Part shown: piece by piece, positions 1-12,645 of the stretch
Numbering within the stretch: position 1 is the first letter of the stretch
How the letters are laid out: every line of letters begins with the position of its first letter
Source of the DNA: Rhizodiscina lignyota
Lineage: Eukaryota
Length of the DNA stretch: 64,000 nt
Reading direction: 5' to 3'
Assembly: GCA_010015805.1 (NCBI GenBank)
Contig: ML978121.1
Coordinates: 1,550,001-1,614,000 of the forward strand
The notes under the pieces: generated by a model
Databases searched by the model: none
What the model saw: the letters and a program-made list of their open reading frames with translations, nothing else
What the model was told of the DNA's origin: nothing
Translations under genes and position numbers: made by a program

Positions 1-937
1 AAGTAGGAGAGCATTCTTCCATCATCACGCTGTATGTGATGATGCGTTCAAGCATAATGAGAGCGACCTTAAAAGACGCGTCTAGGGAGATCCATTGTTC
101 CAAGTCTACTCGCCGATTCCTGGATTACCAGATCGTCGCTATTATAGACTTTCCAAAAAGCTCTTTCATCTCTTGCCTACAACATATACGAACTCTGACA
201 TTCAACTGTTATCTCCAACCACGAGCTTCGCATCGATGATTGTTCGACCATGTTCATACAGCTCTGGAACTTGTGTAGTTTCCTCAGGCTGTCGGTGCCT
301 GCCTGCGTCACTGGAATGCGGATGTCCGGGACAGCGTCCTCGCAAGACTATCGTCAGGTTTGATGGAACATGTTGAACGTTCCTACCTCCTTTCAAGAGA
401 TTTGGAGATGGCGTTCGCTTAAAAAGTGGGCCACAGCTGGGTACGCGACCTCGGCTGCCAGGTGCTGCCCGTGACAAGTCTACGTGATTCGTGAGAGACT
501 CATCTCCGACCTTCAGAGCTTCCTCTGGACCCAATTGCAGCAGCAACAAGACTTATCGCCTTCATGGCAAGAAGATTTGATGCTAACTTCGCCGTCAGAG
601 TTCATAGTGGGGTCCACGCACGGGCTGTACCTTCGTCTCTTCCCGACCTTCCGTGAATGGCACGAGCCGCTCTTAGTCTCATCTCCGTCAGAATCTCTTT
701 CCTCCAATCGCATCATGAAGCAGCTCCTCCGTGGTCATGACTTTCCTAAATGACTGCTTGATCTTCGACAAGTAACTGCCACAAAGGACAGTGTCACAGC
801 TGCCATGTGTATCAAACAACGCGTCATGCGCTCTCTGCTGATTAGAGCGGCCGAGACGTGCATGTGGATACAGAAGACATGTAAAACATCGAGGCATCCT
901 CTCTTCCAGTTTCTTGCCTCAGCGTTTCTTAAGCACA

Positions 938-2491
938 ATGGCCTGGCGTCGTCAGTTTCAGCAGTTCCTTTTGTCTCTTAATGTCGTGCTCCATGTTTCT
1001 TATGCTCAAGCGCCGACCCCGTATGCCACTCCGACTGGCCTCGCGAGTGACATTACCTCATACCTTGAAGCATCGAGCTCCTCCGAAGCTGGCCTGGCAA
1101 AAACCTTGATGTTTGCAAACATTGACGTCGATAATTCAGCAAACGGCACGGTTATCGCGGCACAATCGTACTCCAACCCCAATTATGCATACAATTGGGT
1201 CCGAGATGCGTCTCTCACGATGGACGTGGTGCAAAGCTTGTACGCTGCAGCAACCTCGGACGCGGCCAGAGATAACTACGCCAACATTCTGTTCGCGTAC
1301 GCAGGAGCCCGGACAGCAGAGCAGAACGATCCAGATTTGCAGACAGGCCTCGGAGAGCCAAAGTTCAATCTGAACAACACCGTGTTCACTGGACCGTGGG
1401 GCAGGCCCCAAAATGATGGCCCTGCGACGTCAGCGACCACGTTGATGCAGTTTGCGACAGCATACATGAATAACGGCGGCTCTCAGGACACTGTCAACGA
1501 TCAGATCTACCAGGCCCCAGTGAAAGCTGACTTGTTGTTCGTGGCATCGAATTGGTCCTCGCCGAGCTTTGATATCTGGGAAGAAGAATCCTCGAACCAC
1601 TTCTACAATCGTCTGGTCTCACACCGGGCTCTAGTCTTGGGTGCTGCATTTGCTACGAAGATGGGGGACGACTCTACAAGCTCAACTCTAAGTTCAGCAG
1701 CTAGCGACGTCGCAAACTCACTGTCTGTATTCTGGGATGCTGATCTTGGCATCATTAAGTACGAAGATGGCCCAGTGCTCAACAACAAGAACTCATACCA
1801 AGACATTGCCGTCATTTTAGGTGTCATCCATGGATACAACGACGATGGAGTCTTCTCGTACTCGAATGACCAAGTTCTCTCAACTGCCTATCACTTGGCC
1901 ATAAGTTTCCTCGACGCATATCCCATCGCTGCAAACCAACACACGGATAGCAGTGGTGCAAGTCTCGGCATTCCAATTGGGTGAGCAAAGTCCGTGTTCT
2001 AAATGTCGGTCTATTTACTAACATGGCACAGCCGCTATCCCGAAGATATCTACACTGGCACCGGCACCGCAGAAAACGGTGGCAACCCCTGGTTCCTGTG
2101 CACCGCCGCCATGGCAGAGCTCTTCTATCGTGCAGCTTCCGACCTTCAGTCCGCCGGCCAGCTGACTGTTTCGAACACTTCTCTCCTGTTCTGGACATAT
2201 TTCTCTCCCGGCGCCAATCTCTCCGAGGACACTTACTCCAGTGACAGCGACGGCTTTAAAGGCGCGATTGCGGCGTTGCAGGGATGGGGCGACGCGTTCA
2301 TCAGACTGATCCAATACCACGGAGGCGACGGTGGGCACTTGAGCGAGGAGTATGACAGGAATTCGGGCGTCATGGTGGGAGCGGCGGACTTGACGTGGAG
2401 TTATGCGAGCGTGATCACTGCCGCGTTTGCGAGGGCAGAACAGAGTGGGGATGATTCCTATGTCCAGGACTTGGCCAATTTGGGCTTCTAG
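938..2491 (+). CDS. Secreted glucoamylase (GH15), catalytic domain only, 2 exons (intron 1981-2031)
   Basis: Signal peptide; GH15 motifs YAYNWVRDA, GLGEPKFN, WGRPQNDGPA, FDIWEE, GRYPEDIY (rebuilt across the GTGAGC..CTAAC..CAG intron), GNPWFLCT, LSEEYDR, LTWSYAS. Confidence 0.95.
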
Positions 2492-2689
2492 AACATGGTA
2501 ATGCTTTGTACCGGTAGCAAGGCATTAAGTGAGTGCATTCTTTACCCTAACTCTAATGACCTAGAACTGTACAGTATGATTATAGACTCAACCTAGTACT
2601 CGGTTCACGTTTAAACCATCTGCTCTATCAAATCGTCTGATATTGGCATCCATCAAATTCAGACAGGCGATGTCTGAGGCCTTTGTATC

Positions 2690-4528
2690 TCACCGAGCTT
2701 TCTCCAAACTGACGATCAGACTGTGCCCTTTCGGCGGAGCAGTATATGCATCCTTCTGAACGCATTCGCTGTCATCGACAATACGCGTTTTGAAGTTCGC
2801 CCATATAGCATATATGATATACTTCATCTCTGCAGCACTTGTCAGTTCCCGATCCCAGCCTCAAAGTGAGGAATGCCCTACGATAGATGGCCAAATTGCT
2901 GCCCACACACATTCTCCCGCCGCTGCCAAATGCCCAGAACCACCGGTTCATCTCTCCGGTGGTGCCAGCTTCGACCTTGCCGCCAGTTTCGACAAGCCAC
3001 CTCTCCGGCTTGAAGGACTCGGGCTCAGGAAAGACGTCAGCATTGCGATGGAGACTCCATGCCTGCGCGCTGATCCGCACACCGCCGGGGATGCCTGTGT
3101 ATTCACCGTCGGGACCTAAAGTGCTGCCTCCCTCTACATGCGGCGTGGTACGCGGCTGCGGCCCGGGAATTGCAGCGTGTAGTCGGAGCGTCTCGTACAG
3201 AACTGCGTGGAGAAATGGCGCGGCGTCCAGGACTTTGGCGTTTGGGAGCTTGGTCTCAGGGTCGAGCTCGAGGTTTTGGAGTTCTTCGCGAAGGCGTGTT
3301 TGTATCGATGCATTTTCTGGCCGGCTGAGCTCCTGAGCGAGAAATGTCAGCGTGATGCCGGAGGTGTCGAATCCAGCGGCCAGATGGTCGAGCATTTCGG
3401 ATGCGATTTCCAGACGCTGTTGCGCTTCATCGACTTTTTCGACATCCGAGGCGGTCTTGCTAGCCTCCTTGTCCATGGCGAATTTCGTCTGCGCATACAC
3501 AACTGGATAGTTCGCTGGACTGTCGGCCTCCTTTTCGGTCTGCGATCCGTACTGAGATAGCGATATCGCAGCGTTGCCGCACATGCCCAATGCCCAGGTT
3601 TCAATCTCCTTGTTTGCCTTATAGACATGCTGGGGTGTGAGGTCATACCCGAACTTCCGGACAAACTGGCTCAGTTCCGGCCATTCTTGGGACCAGTACG
3701 AATAGTCTTGCCGGCTGATGTACATGTTCAAGAAATGGTCTCGTTGCTGCACGTTCTGTGTCAGGTTCGAGCCGGCTGCGAGGCCAAACTGGTACCCGGT
3801 GACAAAGTCCATCGTGATACCACTGAAGACTGCGCAGAGATTGAATTCGGAGCCTTCTGTAGCCGGGTCTTGCAGCGCCGGGATGAAGCGTTTGTTGAGC
3901 AGCTCAGTCGTAACAGAGGTCATGGCTCGGGATGACTGAAGGGAGGACTTGCTGTAAATATTGGAGAGCATTCGCTTCCGTGTCGAATGAGTCTTGTTAC
4001 GAGCCATAGAGAACATGTTGAGGGTGCTAGAGTGATGGTATTAGCTTGAGCTTTTTAAGATGGGGCAAAATATCAACTCCGATAGAAAACGAGAAGCGAA
4101 CAGCAGGACATCATGAAATAGCAAGCAACCCAACCCCCACTGCTCCTCCTCTCACTCTCAGTATGAAAAGGTGTAGAATCATACCCATTAAAATTGGTGA
4201 AAAATTGATACCAGTTGCCCTCTGGTATTCCTTTTTCAAAGCCACCGGAGTACACAGTTTGTATCCCGCCTTTGACGGAATTCACACTAATCTCGCGGGG
4301 CCCAAGTCGAATGACTGGACCAAGCTTCTGATGCGCAGCATGAATAGTAGCAAGCTCTCTTCTTTGGTAACGGATCCAGAAAATCCAAGCGGATGAAATG
4401 CTGGCCGTTGGATGAGCATTGGGAATTTTGGAGAGCGGAGAGAGTAAGGACGGGTAGATAAGGAATCTGTATACCGCGATGGCCCCAGTAATGGCCAAGG
4501 CGAGAGTAAATATTGAAACGTCAATCAT
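2690..4528 (-). CDS. Cytochrome P450 monooxygenase, 3 exons (introns about 4184-4027 and 2881-2830)
   Basis: N-terminal TM anchor; I-helix AGFDTS; ETLR; PERW; heme motif FGSGGRMCVG; the spliced last exon ends ...VSLEKAR*. Confidence 0.93.
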
Positions 4529-4806
4529 TCTGAACTAAACTCGAGAGAAAAGAAGCGCAAAGAAATTAAACGTAGTATCCGGATAGAGGATGATGTTGTT
4601 GTTGTTGAAGGGTTGACAGTAGGCAGCTGCTCCATACGGAGTAAACCATGCAGATGAGTTACATAATTAGCACGATCTCTTCAAAATCTCACGTTACTGC
4701 GTCGTTCAAGGGCCGATAAAGATAGCGGTCTATCTTCGGATGGTTCATGTCATTCAGTGCACTAAATTTTGTTAATGAATTTTCCATGTCTATTCTAAGT
4801 GCTATG

Positions 4807-6294
4807 TTACTCAGTTGTAAGGTACATCGCTTTCCGCATGAACGGGCTACGCTCTCTAATCTGTCTTCCTCTCCATATCAAAACAATGGGTGCAAAACTG
4901 AGCAGTAATGCAATAAATGCAAGAACAGAACTAGCCCATTGGAATCCGAGATTTGTGTACATACTTTGCGCCGCAAGAGGCAGGAACGCAGCGAACATGT
5001 TCTCTCCAAAACACACAGCAGCACTAGCACTTGCTGCGTATTTTGCGTACGCGTCTGTCACGTACATCATGATTGCTTGCATAACAACAGTAACGCCCAA
5101 ACCTATTAGTGCCAGGCCGATTGCGGGGAGAATCCACGGCAGAAATGGATAGCTCGTCCAACCATACCAGAACAGCCCTCCTGTGAGCCCAATGAAACCA
5201 GCCGGGACACTCAAGTACAGACGGATCTCGGAGAGCTCCGCTTCGGATGCATCAGGTCTGGATATTGTCGCATGCGCATACCAGGCGTTCTGGAAGAGAC
5301 AGACCACAAATCCAAGGAGTTCGCCGATGATCACTGACGCCTGGACAAGGCCTGTCTGGTATTCAAGGAAGCCGTAGTTTGTCATGAAGACTTGGGTGAC
5401 ACTTTGAGTGGATATGAAAACTATGCCGTATGATAGTGCTGAAAGAAGTGTAAAGAAGAAAACCACAGGTTCGGTGCATAGCAGATACGCCGGCAGGACC
5501 ACGGTGTCATACAGAAATCTGCCAGGCGAGAGCGAGGGCGTGTCAGGAGACACCCTTGGTTCTGTAGTGAGAACGCCCTCGTTTGCGCTTGCTTTCATGT
5601 GCTTCGCTTTGATAACGGAAACACGCGTCTCTCTCATGAAGAGAAGCACTGGAACAAATGCGGCCCCGTAGATTATTAGCTGAATGTAGAAGATCCACCT
5701 CCAGTAGCATTTGGAGATTATGGCGCCACCGAATACTGGGCCTAGGCTGACCCCTGATAGTAGTCCGGTAACATAGATTGTCACAGGCAGGCTACGTCGA
5801 GCAGCACCTGGCCAGATATCTGCGATTATCCCATCCATACCATTCTGGAGCACGCCAGCCGCACTGCCGGTGAAAAATCGGCATACAATTAGTGTGCTGA
5901 AATTCTTTGCCACGGCTTGTGGTATGAGGAAGATGAAGAAGACCGCGTAGCAGAGCAGATAGCCGAGTCGGACTCCGTATTCTTCCATCAGAGGAAGGAC
6001 GACCATGGGCACAATAGCAGCCCCGACCGTCCATGAGGCAACTGGCCAGAAGGAGTTCGGAAAATGAGCGTCCGAGATGCCAAATCGCTCGTTGATAGGT
6101 GTTGGGGCGCTTGCAATGCCCGTTGCGTTGATGCCGACAGCGAAGCATATAAAACAGGTCGTCAGCGTGACGGTCCACTTCACTCGTAAACTCCAATTGA
6201 ATGGATCCTCCGGGTCGTTCTCCTCATTCCTGTCCAGATTGGGATTCTCGCCAGCGCCGTCATGGTTTGGTGTGGTATTGCTGGACTTTTCCAT
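4807..6294 (-). CDS. MFS multidrug transporter (DHA1-like)
   Basis: DPEDPFNWS..KW start, about 12 hydrophobic segments, RFFTG, GPVFGG..WRWIFY, YAASA motifs; start taken at MEKSSN. Confidence 0.92.
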   Translation of the reverse strand: MEKSSNTTPNHDGAGENPNLDRNEENDPEDPFNWSLRVKWTVTLTTCFICFAVGINATGIASAPTPINERFGISDAHFPNSFWPVASWTVGAAIVPMVVLPLMEEYGVRLGYLLCYAVFFIFLIPQAVAKNFSTLIVCRFFTGSAAGVLQNGMDGIIADIWPGAARRSLPVTIYVTGLLSGVSLGPVFGGAIISKCYWRWIFYIQLIIYGAAFVPVLLFMRETRVSVIKAKHMKASANEGVLTTEPRVSPDTPSLSPGRFLYDTVVLPAYLLCTEPVVFFFTLLSALSYGIVFISTQSVTQVFMTNYGFLEYQTGLVQASVIIGELLGFVVCLFQNAWYAHATISRPDASEAELSEIRLYLSVPAGFIGLTGGLFWYGWTSYPFLPWILPAIGLALIGLGVTVVMQAIMMYVTDAYAKYAASASAAVCFGENMFAAFLPLAAQSMYTNLGFQWASSVLAFIALLLSFAPIVLIWRGRQIRERSPFMRKAMYLTTE

Positions 6295-6849
6295 AGGTTC
6301 TGGGTGTAATTGAATCTGGATCCGGTGGTGGCTTCCTGACTGACCCCGAAATGGGAGCAGACCAGGCCTCCTATTCAATATGACAGGTGCATTGAAACTT
6401 TAAGTATTGAGCGAATTGCTCAGGGAGGGTTTTAGATATACGGACATGTCATAGTTAACCATATTGAGACGATAAAGTGCTCCGGAACTCGGCTTGGCAG
6501 AGATTGATAACTATACCTGATTACGTTATCAATCTGCGAACTGCACAGGCACGGGCACTCACGACACAGTGCAATAATAAGTAGAGTGATGACCGTATAA
6601 GAGCTAATTGAAGAATCAACTCTGGGATCTACCACTCTTCTCTTTGGGGTCGTCTGGCGGAAATAAGTGCCTCACTACGTAATGAGAATCACCCCATAAC
6701 GAGAACACAAATGCAAATCAACATCTCATGCTCTGCCTCATCAGTTTGCGGTTCTATAGGTGATGTTCCCTAATTCTCTGGCTTCCAAAAATGCCCTTAT
6801 CCATAAAGAATAATTAACGAAGCTATATCTTAAAGACATATAAGAAAGA

Positions 6850-9800
6850 TCACACAAGGGGGAGACGGGTCGCGAAGCCTGAGGCTTGATGCCTGGCGCC
6901 CGCGTCGAGTAGCAGCTTCACCACCGCCTCGTGGCCCATTACCGAAGCTGCCTGTAGTACATTACCGTAGACTCCAACTTGCACGTTGACATTAGCACCC
7001 GTATCGAGTAGTAGCTTTACTACCACCTCGTAGCCCGCTGTCGAAGCCGCTAACAGTGCGCGTTGCGCATTAACGTTGGCGCCTGCGTCGAGCAGCAGCT
7101 TTACTATCGCCTCGTAGCCGCGTTTCGAAGCCGCCTGTAGCGCATCGCCGTAGTCTTTATCTTGCGCGTTAACGTTGGCGCCCACGTCGAGTAGTAGCTT
7201 CACTACAGCCTCGTAGCCCCCTATCGAAGCCGCCAACAGTGCATTCCCGTAGCTTCCACCTTGCGCGTTGAAGTTGGCGCCACGGTCTAGCAGCAGCTTG
7301 ACAATTTCGGCATGACCTCCTTTAGATGCGTAGTATAACATTGTTCCCCCTTCGAATCGCGATGTGATATCCACATTGTATCTCGATAGGAATCGATGAA
7401 TGAAGGCAGCGTTTTTGTCGTCACTGAGGAGTTGACAGACTCGCTGGCTTGAGCGAGAGAAATCGTAACCTTCCTGATATATGTTGATGAGTGCCTCGGA
7501 CGTTTGTTGGTGACCATTAGCGATAGCAGCAAGGACGGGAATGCCGTATCGTCCATTTTGAGTACTCGCATATGGTGTGTCTGTCCTCAGGATACTAATA
7601 AGGTTAGGGCAATTCTGCTCAGCAAAAATGTAGAGCAGGCTAACGTCCTTGGGGAGACGGCGAACGTTATGTCTTTGGAATATATTATTCAGATGCACCC
7701 AATTGCTGCGCTTAAACTCCATTATGAAGTGTTCTTGGTCAATTCCTTCAGCCTCACAAATATCGGCATGAGCAAGTATGTTGTCTACCGCGTATTGCAG
7801 GATTGGAAACCTTGATGGTGCGTTCTTGCGAGCTCAGTACCCTCGGCAGATTTTGCCGCAGGGAGAACGTCAAACCCTAGGTGGTTGGCTATGTCTGATC
7901 TTAGATAGTTGAAGCAGCATTGCTTGAGACGATCATGACTGAAACCAATGGTATTGGATTGGAGATCCGTCCAGAGCTGGCCAAGTCCGTTCTCTTTGAG
8001 CAGAAAGTCCCTGACAGATTCGTGAATGAATTGGACGTTGTGGTCTTTCGACTTCGTTGTCTCGGCCAGACCTTTTGAAGAGCTGAGGATAATTTGTCCA
8101 TCATTTCTAGTGAGGTTTCATCGGGATCCCAAAGGAATGACTCTCCGTCAGGCTCCAATCCAGACAAGATGGCGAAATAGAGCTCCTCTCGTTTCATTGG
8201 ACGACTTGCAAAGAGGATCCACTGGAGACAAAGCTTCATTGCATCCAATCTCTCAGAGTCACGAATGAGGATACTTCTGAATAACTTGTTTAGATCTTCT
8301 GGTGTCTCTCGAAGTGCTTTCCGCAGCCCACTGGCTTGACCATGATCGAAAGCTTTCCTAAGAATCGGCACGACTAAAATGATCCACATGAAGATCCCAG
8401 AGGCTTTGTCATGTATCTCTCGTCGAATCTGTGCTCCTTGCTTTCCTTTGATAGGCAGCTTCTAAGAGAGATACTTGTCGATATCTTGGGAGTGGCCGTC
8501 CTGATCTTCGAGGACTATCTCAATAGATCGCTGGATTGTAATATGCGGATAGTGTCGGCTCGAAAAGAGAACCCTGAAGACTCTCCCGTCTGAAACTGCT
8601 TGTTCTCCGAGCGTTTCGAAGAAGTCTATCATATTGCGGATTTCATCCTCGTCACACTCATCGAGTGCGTCAACGACGACTACAATCTCGCTTCGATTCA
8701 GCTTTTGTATTACTTCCGCCAATAAATGTTGGAGAGCTATACAGTCCGCCTTCAGCTGGTTGTTGTCTAGCTTCCAGCGGGCTAAACTTTCAAGGCTCTT
8801 GACCTGCTGATCGTCTACAAAATTCTTCAGCAACCGGACAAGTAATGATCTGTACATTCCGACGGTACTTCTTTCAAGCTCAATACCTCTGGCATTGAAG
8901 AAGAATGAGACGAACATCATATTTTGCAGAGACTTCTCCATTTTGGTGAGAACAAATTTTGTCAGGGTTGATTTGCCAGATCCAGGTTTCCCTTTGATTC
9001 AAAAGAACCCGTGGTGCTCATGATGCTTATTGCCATCAAGCCAGTCCAGATATTGACTACTTTTGAGCAACCATTTACAGGTTTGTGTATGGCCGGGCTT
9101 GATATTCGTCAATCGATCATCAATTTGGTCAAAGTGCAAGAATTCGATGAGATCGTTTTTTGTGATAGATGATTTTGTATGTGCAGGCGCTAAGTCCTCG
9201 ATATCTGGGGAATTGGATGAAATTTTCTTGCGCTTCGAGGGGGGTTCCATGTGGTCTCTCACAGCTGGGACATTGTCAGCAAGAACCTTTGTGTGTGGGA
9301 GATGACATAAACTACTTACGTGTACCAAGGCCATCAATCGCATCATCAAGTCGTCTAAATGCATTCTCTTTCTCGCCATAGATTGGAGGCATGTAGACGC
9401 CAAAGATTCCTTGAAGACAGTATGCCATATCTTCAAATTTCTGGGTTGTGCGGCCTTTTGCCCATCGCATTCGTTCTTTAACACTGAAGTCCGTCAAAGG
9501 CGTTCCACTAAGAGCTGCAAGAGGAATGCCGGTAATCTCAAAGATCTGCCGCTTGAGAGACTCTCTATCGCCTAAGCGAACACCTTCTTTAGAGAAAAAT
9601 TCGACAGATTTAGGGGCAAGGAGCTCCTGAAGAGTCCACCCTCGAGTGAACCACCGGCTGGTTCGAAATACTGGTTCCCAAGTGCTTTGCGGAGACCCTT
9701 CACTGGTGGAAACGTCTGCTAGAAACACGTAACATCTTTCTGCACGACGATACTAACGAAACATGGAATTAATTGCCTCTCCTAGTTCAGTAAAGTTTGC

Positions 9801-10048
9801 TTTTTGTATGCAACAGGTGTCAACCCAGAAGTATTGTAAACCATCCCTGGCAGCCTGGTCTCCGCAGAACTTGATCTTGTTGTAACCAGCCTTTTCTTTG
9901 CCTGACTTTGCAGTGAGGTCATCAAAGGTAACCTCATCGATGTCCGGCCCCCACGTGTGAGACAGAATAGCATATCGAGGAAGTTTTCATCATGAAGGTC
10001 TTCGGTCAGGGAGAGGTCTGCGTCATTCCGTCGATGCAGAAGTCGCAT
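6850..10048 (-). pseudogene. Disrupted HET-NACHT-ankyrin NLR-like gene
   Basis: HET motifs YAILSHTW, YFWVDTCCI, SRWFTRGWTLQELLAP; NACHT Walker A GKPGSGKST and Walker B VVVDALDEC; VQFIHESVRDFL; C-terminal ankyrins. In-frame stops at 9753, 8999 and 8462; frameshifts near 9985, 8092 and 7830; intron about 9319-9265. Confidence 0.9.
6890..7350 (-). repeat. Tandem array of 5 ankyrin-coding repeats (99-nt unit, one unit 15 nt shorter)
   Basis: Recurrent YGxALxAASxxG(H/Y)ExxVKLLLDxGANVNAQ with near-identical nucleotide units. Confidence 0.9.
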
Positions 10049-10811
10049 GGCTCCGAAGACGACGCGCGAGGCTCAGGAGGCTCCTCGTGAGGCAGTTCGA
10101 CGGCTGTGGTGATGCAGATGTAAAATGAGTCTGTAGCCGTGCGAATAGTAAGCCATGTGTGGAATCTTCTAGTACTGAGAATGCGAGAAGGCTCACGTCT
10201 GTTGCACGGTCCTTTCGAAGCAGTGTGGGCGGACGAGGCTGAAGCTGGGGTTCACACCACAGCCACATATTATCGCGGGCAAAGGCATCAATGGAAGCCT
10301 GAAGCAGAAACTGCGATTAGTGACCCCGGACAATCGTCACAATATCCAGCTGGTCATGCCTGGACGGAGCACATTGGTGTTGCGAGGTCGCAAGCGGCGG
10401 GTCTTGTGGTGATGGATGGGACACGGCAGGCGTGAGGTCTGTTCTAGCACAAAGCCATAGAGCACAGCCTCATCGTCACAGGACTCTTGAATGAATATCA
10501 CGTGACAAATTGAAGCAAGTGCAAAACAGAGCTGTGTTGTAAGTCTCTCTCAGTAGCTTGATAGGTATAGAATAGCGTAGATGCCGCTAGGACATAACAT
10601 TACGCCTTGGCGGGAGGCTGCCGTACGCTCTCTCTTCGACGGGCGAAACTGCTAGAGTTGCGTAACGCTGAGAGCAAAGTCTTAAAAGTTTGGAGCCAAA
10701 TTCTTTAACGAAGGGACTATTATATTATGGCTTCGAAATTCGAAGATATGTCGGTGATGGTGATTAGGCGTAAGGTGAATATTCATCAATATAGAATTAA
10801 AATTTGTATAT

Positions 10812-11850
10812 CTACGGCGTTATGTTTGGATGAGACCTCTCGCGAACTATATCACAAAGTATTCCCGATGGCTCATCCAGATACTCCGGTACTTTCCTGA
10901 TCGCGTATTTACCCACTGGCCCGCACTCGAGCAGCTCGCCCGACATCTGGCTGTCACCCATCTGGGCCTGGAACGCGTCGAGAAGTGTCTCCATTGGCGT
11001 CAGGTAACCCAGCTTGTCTACCCTGTCGTAGAAGACACCAGTTGATATGTGCGTCTTAACGACATTCGGACAGACAGCATTAATAGTTATCTTCTCTTCC
11101 GGAAGATATTTACCATAACAGCGAACAAAGCCAGCAACGCCGCTGTTCAAGGTTAGCCTGGTCAGTTCAAGCGGTGGGGGAGTTCATACTGTTTTGAGGC
11201 TGTATAGACGGGAATTGTTGGGATGGCATAGAAACCGCAAACTGAGGCGACTGCCATAACTGCAAGGAAGTTTATTAGTGGAGCGGTCTCTGCGCAGTAA
11301 GAAATACTCACTCTTCCCACGGAATCCAAAATCGTTGGGCTCCTGTCTCCTGAACTGTTGAATGGCAAGGGCAACAGTATATATTAGTCCGGTGAGGTTA
11401 ACATCAATAACTGTGAGGTCCGGTTTCGTCCACTTCTCGGTTTGATCTTTCTTGAGCCATCTTCGTTCGCCAATACCAGCTACCGGGAGGACATAGTCTA
11501 TCCGACCAAACTCGGTCACAGCCTTGTCGAACGCTTGCACTTGAGAATCCCAGTCGGCCGCATCGACTTTAACTGACATTATCGATTTGCCCTTGTCGCC
11601 AAGCTCGGAAATGGCAGCTTTAATGCCGGCTTCATCGCGGTCTGCAATGCAAACTTTGATGCTGAAGATTTGTTAGTGTATTTCGATAGAACTGGGATTA
11701 TACACTGACCCCTTTTCGACAAGCATACGCACAACGGCCTTTCCAATTCCGCTTGCTCCACCTATAGATGTCACATGAGCGATGTTGATACCTATTTGCT
11801 AGGATGAGTACTGTACCAGTAATATAAGCAGTTTTGCCAGCCTCAGACAT
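10812..11850 (-). CDS. Short-chain dehydrogenase/reductase (15-hydroxyprostaglandin dehydrogenase-like), multi-exon
   Basis: MSEAGKTAYITG|GASGIG Rossmann motif across an intron; FGRIDYV; IDVNLTG; catalytic YTASK; ITINAVCP. Confidence 0.9.
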
Positions 11851-12645
11851 CTTGAGAGATAAGATGCACAGGATCAGTAATTAGGATAAATGACAGTATG
11901 AAGTTTGAAGGCAAGGAAATGGAAAGCTCTTTGCATAAGGCAGTTCACTTCCCCGCAATCATGTTACCATGGCTCGGTAGTATTTTCTCACTTTGCGGGG
12001 GATAGCTTCTACAGTGGTACTCGGCGAGGAGCGGCGCAGTGTCCTCCATGGATGCTCGGTCCGTTGAAGTCTCATCTAGTGGCCCAGAGTTGGATTGATT
12101 GAAAGACGCGAACCCCAGGCGGGACGACAGTGGCAGACTAGTAGGCACGAACGTTTGAGTGAGCTTTTCAGCGCAATGCTGCCATAAACGTGAGAAGCAG
12201 GTGACCAACGCGTTGTCGCATAAATGGAATTGAGAACTACTCCACACTACTGAAAGGCAGAAGCTGCAGCCTGATCAGAGTGCTCGTTCATGTCAGGAGA
12301 TGTTCATGCATAGGAGATTGGACGAGACGCGATATGACGATGTGCCGACCAAGCTTGGACCCGAAAATATCCATATTCCTTCCTTCCGCAATCTCCCTAT
12401 CCACGACAAAGAACTCTTCCTTTCACCTCTGTGCGCTTCTCTTGCATATCACCACACGCTCAATCTACACCACGAACCATTTCACACATCTGCTACGGCA
12501 ATGAACCCTTAGATGACCACCCTTGGCGGTGGGTGGCAGAGCTCTTGTTCACGAGACAACCGCTGGCACGCGCCGAAAACAACCACCACGAAAGCGACCC
12601 CCAAACCACCACGTCCCCATCGCAGGACTTTTTCAATAACCAGAC

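Noticed and set aside
1..760. Short minus-strand ORFs with possible splice signals at the window start
   Set aside because: Could not assemble a coherent spliced frame or recognise a domain; may be a truncated gene
2690..11850. P450, MFS and SDR as a secondary-metabolite cluster
   Set aside because: No PKS, NRPS, terpene or DMATS backbone gene in the window, and an NLR pseudogene interrupts the group
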